Source: an uncultured Syntrophomonas sp.
GTDB lineage: Bacteria; Bacillota; Syntrophomonadia; Syntrophomonadales; Syntrophomonadaceae
Direction: 5' to 3'
NCBI GenBank assembly: GCA_964510795.1
Contig: CAZEDT010000004.1
Coordinates: 65,178 to 97,177 of the forward strand
DNA length: 32,000 nucleotides
Part shown: in pieces, positions 27,862 through 32,000 of the stretch
Position numbering within the stretch: position 1 is the stretch's first letter
Layout of the letters: each line of letters begins with the position of its first letter
The notes under the pieces: generated by a model
Databases searched by the model: none
What the model was told of the DNA's origin: nothing
Seen by the model: the letters and a program-made list of their open reading frames with translations, nothing else
Translations under genes and position numbers: made by a program

Positions 27862-28677
27862 TTTATATTTTTGCATAAGTATTCAGGCACCACTCCTGAG
27901 AAACTGCAATGCAAATGCATGCCGTAATACGTATGGTGTTATTTTATAATCCAACATATTTGAGTATCTTATCATTCTTAAACCCCATGCTTGTTTATTC
28001 ATAGGTTTACCATCAACTGAGCAAAATACTTTAACTGAATTATCCAGGCTGGGTGATGCGCTGACAGTAATTCTTTTATTGCTCTTGCAGTTACAGGAGA
28101 TATTGGTAATGTTCGTGAAACTCTTGTTTTTGCGTTCTCGGAATGAACATAGATTTCTAGAGAATTAATATTTATATCCGTCGCTATTAAGCCAAATGCT
28201 TTTTTTCGGTCTAATTCCGCAATCTAAAGTAAAAAATATTTAGGCATAATCTCGTAAGCCAGCAAAAGTTTTCCTGTTAGGTAAACCAATAAGTTTCTAT
28301 AGTGTTTCAATTGATATATTTACCTTCTGCTTTTCTTTTTTTAAACCCAATCAATGGATTTTGGATTAAATACCCTCTTCAACACACCATTGAAAAAATA
28401 CTTTTAAATAGGTAAGTCGTAAATTATATGTTGCTGGTTTTACAGGCTGAGACATGTATTCTAACAGATATTTCTTTAACTTAGTTTCATCTTCAAAAGT
28501 TTCAGGAAATCGCTTAAAAAAGCTGTTTACATGCCCTCTGTAATCTTTTATTGTTGTTGTACTTAACCCTTGTGCTTGTTTCCAGTAAATAAATAAGTCA
28601 ATCGCCTCTGGTAATGATGGTGAATACCTTTCCAACTTAATAACTTTCTTACTCAAAATAAAAAACCCCTCTCGCAA
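27862..28677 (-). pseudogene. Tyrosine recombinase (XerC/D or phage integrase-like), degraded
   Basis: N-terminal SAM-like domain ORF 28366-28677, followed by LDCGIRPKKAFGLIATDININSLEIYVHSENAKTRVSRTLPISPVTARAIKELLSAHHPAW [frameshift] DNSVKVFCSVDGKPMNKQAWGLRMIRYSNMLDYKITPYVLRHAFALQFLRSGA*. Confidence 0.88.
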
Positions 28678-28712
28678 TTTTATTAAGCGAAATAGGGTTT
28701 AAAACCGTTGAA

Positions 28713-28749
28713 TCCAGTCAAGTTACTTGACCTTTTTAGGTCGACTGGA
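28713..28749. repeat. Hairpin between the integrase remnant and selC
   Basis: tccagtc (28713-28719) / gactgga (28743-28749) with inner gacc-tttttа-ggtc type pairing. Confidence 0.5.
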
Positions 28750-28847
28750 CTCCTATATTTTAGGCTATTTTTCGAGGTGTTTTAAGGAATATAAAACATA
28801 ATCTTTGGTTATGCCATAATCATCACTAACACCCTGTATTACTTATT

Positions 28848-28946
28848 TGGCGGAAGCGTGTGAGAATCGAACTCACCCACCACAGGATCACTGCGGCGCA
28901 TACTGGATTTGAAGTCCAGGCGACCCACCAGGACCGATCCGCTTCC
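28848..28946 (-). tRNA. selC: tRNA-Sec (anticodon TCA)
   Basis: ggaagcggatcggtcctggtgggtcgcctggacttcaaatccagtatgcgccgcagtgatcctgtggtgggtgagttcgattctcacacgcttccgcca. Anticodon arm CTGGA-CTTCAAA-TCCAG, long variable arm CGCCGCAG/CTGTGGTG, T arm GTGAG-TTCGATT-CTCAC, encoded CCA, 99 nt. Confidence 0.95.
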
Positions 28947-29030
28947 AAAACGAACAGGTCTATTGTTGCCTGCTCGCTACATGAGTATATTATCCTTTGC
29001 GAAAAAAGTCAATTTGACTCCCCGCCATCT

Positions 29031-29696
29031 TTAGACCTGATCTTCCTGTTGAATAATAACTGATTCTACTTCGTAGCCCCGGTTTTTTAGACCTTCGATT
29101 ACATCTTCACAATTCAATTCTTCGATACGCAGAACCATTTTATACATATTTTTCTTTTTATCAAAGAAAACCACGGTGTTTAAGATATTTTTACCTGTTT
29201 GGGCAACCAAACCGGTAATTTCAGCGATGGTACCGGGGCGGTCGGAGGTGTAAAAATCAATCCGGGTATGGGTTCTTTTTACTCCCAGGATATCTATGAA
29301 GGCATCGAAAATATCAGTTTCGGTTACTATTCCTACCAGCTTTTGATTTTCATCTACTACCGGCAAGCCGCTGATCTTATACTCCCGCATTAATCTGGCA
29401 GCAGTCTCTATGTAATCGTTGGGGCTAATGGTAACCAGCTTCTGTTTCTTAGGCAAAATATCTTTGATTTTCGTTTTGGCCAGCAGGTAATTAAGCTCAT
29501 GTATACTCAGGGTGGTGGCCGTAGATGGACTAGCCTGGTTTAAGTCCGTAAGGGTAACGATACCTACTACTCTGTCCTTTTCCACAACCGGTAATCTGCG
29601 GATGTTATTTTCCTTCATTAAGGAAAAAGCTTCTGTGACACTGGAATCCATTCCTACCGTCCTGGGTTTTTCCGACATGCGATTTCTTACCTTCAT
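29031..29696 (-). CDS. CBS-domain pair plus ACT-domain protein (AcuB-like)
   Basis: MKVRNRMSEKPRTVGMDSSVTEAFSLMKENNIRRLPVVEKDRVVGIVTLTDL ... EYKISGLPVVDENQKLVGIVTETDIFDAF ... DRPGTIAEITGLVAQTGKNI. Confidence 0.93.
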   Translation of the reverse strand: MKVRNRMSEKPRTVGMDSSVTEAFSLMKENNIRRLPVVEKDRVVGIVTLTDLNQASPSTATTLSIHELNYLLAKTKIKDILPKKQKLVTISPNDYIETAARLMREYKISGLPVVDENQKLVGIVTETDIFDAFIDILGVKRTHTRIDFYTSDRPGTIAEITGLVAQTGKNILNTVVFFDKKKNMYKMVLRIEELNCEDVIEGLKNRGYEVESVIIQQEDQV

Positions 29697-29750
29697 TATT
29701 TAGCCCCCCTATTCTTTAATTATGGTTTAACCTTCGCAGTTGACCAAACA

Positions 29751-29829
29751 AGTGAACAGGGGGACGGTTCCCTTGTTCATCCAGTTAAAGTGTTAGGGGA
29801 TGAACAAGGGAACCGTCCCCCTGTTCACT
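29751..29829. repeat. Perfect 32-nt inverted repeat with 15-nt spacer
   Basis: agtgaacagggggacggttcccttgttcatcc (29751-29782) / ggatgaacaagggaaccgtccccctgttcact (29798-29829). Confidence 0.95.
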
Positions 29830-29849
29830 TTTACTGCATATAATCTATA

Positions 29850-30554
29850 TTATCCTCCCAGATAGGCCTTCTTAACTTCGTCGCTCTTCATGAGCTGCTC
29901 TGCTGAGCCCTGCAGCACGATTTCCCCGGTCTCTATTACATAGGCTTTGGTGGCAATGGAAAGTGCCATATTGGCGTTCTGCTCAACCAACAGGATAGTC
30001 GTTCCTCGGGAGTTGATGTCTTTGATTATTTCAAATATTTCTTTGACCAATAATGGTGCCAGTCCCATGGAGGGTTCGTCCAGCAGCAGCAGTTCAGGTC
30101 GAGCCATGAGAGCCCGGCCAATGGCCAGCATTTGCTGTTCACCGCCGCTAAGGGTCCCGGCCATTTGTTTGCGGCGCTCCTTCAGGCGGGGAAAGCGGGT
30201 AAAGACATTTTCCATGTCGAGCTGAATCTCATTTTTATCTCTACGCAAATAGGCGCCCATCTCCAGGTTTTCCAGCACTGACATGGATTGAAAAACCCGA
30301 CGGCCCTCAGGCACCTGGGATATGCCCATGCTGACAATCTTTTCCGGGGCTACTTTACTGATATCTACGCCTTTATAGATAACCGCTCCGCTCTTGGGCC
30401 TGAGTATTCCGGATATGGTTTTAAGCGTGGTGGTCTTGCCGGCTCCGTTGGCTCCAATTAGGGTAACAATGGTTCCCTGTTCTACCTGCAGAGACATTTT
30501 CTTAAGCGCATGGATGGCACCATAAAATACGTCAATTTCTTTTACCTCTAGCAC
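29850..30554 (-). CDS. livF: Branched-chain amino acid-type ABC transporter ATP-binding protein LivF
   Basis: GANGAGKTTTLKTISG, GRRVFQSMSVLENLEMGAYLR, LSGGEQQMLAIGRALMARPELLLLDEPSMGLAP. Confidence 0.95.
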   Translation of the reverse strand: MLEVKEIDVFYGAIHALKKMSLQVEQGTIVTLIGANGAGKTTTLKTISGILRPKSGAVIYKGVDISKVAPEKIVSMGISQVPEGRRVFQSMSVLENLEMGAYLRRDKNEIQLDMENVFTRFPRLKERRKQMAGTLSGGEQQMLAIGRALMARPELLLLDEPSMGLAPLLVKEIFEIIKDINSRGTTILLVEQNANMALSIATKAYVIETGEIVLQGSAEQLMKSDEVKKAYLGG

Positions 30555-31321
30555 TATTCTACCTCCTCTCCCAGATATGCTTCTATTACTCTTTTATTGT
30601 TCCTTATTTCTTCCGGCAGACCTTCGGCAATGACCTGGCCGTAATCTAATACATAGATTCTTTCGCAGACTCCCATTACCAGAGACATATCGTGCTCAAT
30701 CAGCAAGATGGACAGGTCAAAATCTTTTCTTATCCACTGAATTAAATTCATTAGTTCCTTGGTTTCCTGGGGATTCATTCCTGCGGCTGGCTCGTCCAGG
30801 ATTAAAATACTGGGCTTGGTTGCCAGAGCTCGGGCAATTTCTAATCTTCTTTGCTCACCATAAGGCAGGTTAGAGGCTATTTCATCTTTTTTGTTATCGA
30901 GCTTGAATATCTTTAGATACTCCAGCGCTTCTGAGGTAATTGTTGCTTCGCCCTTAAAAAACCCGGGGGTTCTGAGGATCGCGCTGAAAAGACTGTATTG
31001 CACATCTTTATGCAGCGCTATCTTAACATTATCCAGCACCGTCAAATCGTTAAACAGACGGATATTCTGAAAAGTTCTGGCAATGCCTTTTTTACATATG
31101 CCGGAGGGCGCCAGGCCGGCAATATTCTGCTCGTTGAAGTTTATCTCTCCCTGGTCGGGTTTATAAACACCGGTAATCAGATTAAATACGGTAGTCTTGC
31201 CGGCTCCATTAGGCCCTATGAGACCTACCAGTTCGCCTTTGTCTAATTGGAAATTAAAATTCAAAACGGCGCTAAGACCACCAAAGGATTTATGCAGATT
31301 ATTTATTTGCATGAGGCTCAT
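30554..31321 (-). CDS. livG: Branched-chain amino acid-type ABC transporter ATP-binding protein LivG
   Basis: GPNGAGKTTVFNLITGVYKPDQG, GIARTFQNIRLFNDLTVLDNV, LPYGEQRRLEIARALATKPSILILDEPAAGMNPQE. Overlaps livF by 1 nt. Confidence 0.95.
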   Translation of the reverse strand: MSLMQINNLHKSFGGLSAVLNFNFQLDKGELVGLIGPNGAGKTTVFNLITGVYKPDQGEINFNEQNIAGLAPSGICKKGIARTFQNIRLFNDLTVLDNVKIALHKDVQYSLFSAILRTPGFFKGEATITSEALEYLKIFKLDNKKDEIASNLPYGEQRRLEIARALATKPSILILDEPAAGMNPQETKELMNLIQWIRKDFDLSILLIEHDMSLVMGVCERIYVLDYGQVIAEGLPEEIRNNKRVIEAYLGEEVE

Positions 31322-32000
31322 TTTTTTTCACCCCAAATCCTGCCAAAGGTTTTTCGGCTAATTTCTTTATTCCCCATTAAGCCCTGAGGTCTGTATATCA
31401 TTATAATGATCAGTATCAGGGCATATAAAATCATGCGGATAGCTGCCCATTTCTGTAGAGCTGCGGTTAAAACGGTTATGAAAATGGCGGCGATTATGGC
31501 TCCCGTGGTACTGCCCAATCCTCCCAGAACCACCATAACCAGGATATCAAAGGATTTCATAAAGTTAAATGTCTCGGGTTTAATAATATAGAAATAGTGT
31601 GCATATATGGCTCCGGCTAAACCGGCAAACATGGCACCAATTACAAAAGCCAGAACCTTATAGCGAGTAGTATTTATCCCCATCAGCTCGGAAGCAATCT
31701 CATCTTCGCGTACTGAAATGATAGCTCTTCCGTAACTGGAATTGATCAAATTAACCATTACCAGGACGGTAATAACCGTAGCTCCAAACAGCCAGGGCCA
31801 GGTAGTCAGCTGGCTTATGCCCATAATTCCGGCTGGGCCTCCTACGAAATCTATATTCTGTAATACTACCCGGATAATTTCTCCAAATCCCAGGGTAGCA
31901 ATTGCCAGGTAATCGCCTTTTAATCTCAAGGTCGGAACACCGATTATAAATCCGGCCAGCGCCGCTGCCAGACAAGCTGCCGCTATGCCTGCGATGAAGG
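31318..32000 (-). CDS. livM: Branched-chain amino acid-type ABC transporter permease LivM, 5' end outside window
   Basis: LKGDYLAIATLGFGEIIRVV...GGPAGIMGI; AFVIGAMFAGLAGAIYAH; MVVLGGLGSTTGAIIAA. The frame stays open to the edge (…FIAGIAAACLAAALAGFIIGVPTLRLKG…), so the start at 31929 in the track is not the real one. Confidence 0.92.
   Translation of the reverse strand, partial: FIAGIAAACLAAALAGFIIGVPTLRLKGDYLAIATLGFGEIIRVVLQNIDFVGGPAGIMGISQLTTWPWLFGATVITVLVMVNLINSSYGRAIISVREDEIASELMGINTTRYKVLAFVIGAMFAGLAGAIYAHYFYIIKPETFNFMKSFDILVMVVLGGLGSTTGAIIAAIFITVLTAALQKWAAIRMILYALILIIIMIYRPQGLMGNKEISRKTFGRIWGEKK

Noticed and set aside
28860-29063. 67-aa plus-strand ORF
   Set aside because: Runs antisense through tRNA-Sec and into the CBS gene 3' end; not credible.

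Overview
32 kb chromosomal window, probably from an anaerobic Firmicute (inferred from gene content, strong GGAGG-type RBSs and GTG/TTG starts). The most coherent locus is at 13.5-20.4 kb. It holds a divergent GAF/AAA+/HTH sigma54 activator, a near-consensus -24/-12 promoter with an upstream inverted repeat (candidate activator site), a UbiD-family decarboxylase, an OFA-like MFS transporter, the flavin prenyltransferase UbiX, an LpdD-like accessory protein, and a type-1 isopentenyl-diphosphate isomerase. This looks like a self-contained prenyl-FMN decarboxylation module. Other conventional loci are an MBL-fold lactonase-like hydrolase (5'-partial), two AMP-forming acyl-CoA ligases, an ABM-domain protein, a nitrogen block (amt, PII, ANTAR regulator-glnA), a CBS-ACT protein and a liv-type ABC operon (livF, livG, partial livM). 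Accessory or decayed DNA includes a RAYT gene with three copies of a 27-nt REP-like repeat, an IS110/Rhs fusion remnant with a frameshifted orphan C-terminal toxin-like region next to a DUF3885 gene (candidate immunity), a duplicated ligase-gene scrap, a MuF-like/IS3 chimeric remnant, a zeta-like toxin module with a second antitoxin-like small ORF, and a decayed tyrosine recombinase beside tRNA-Sec (selC). No CRISPR array and no rRNA were seen.
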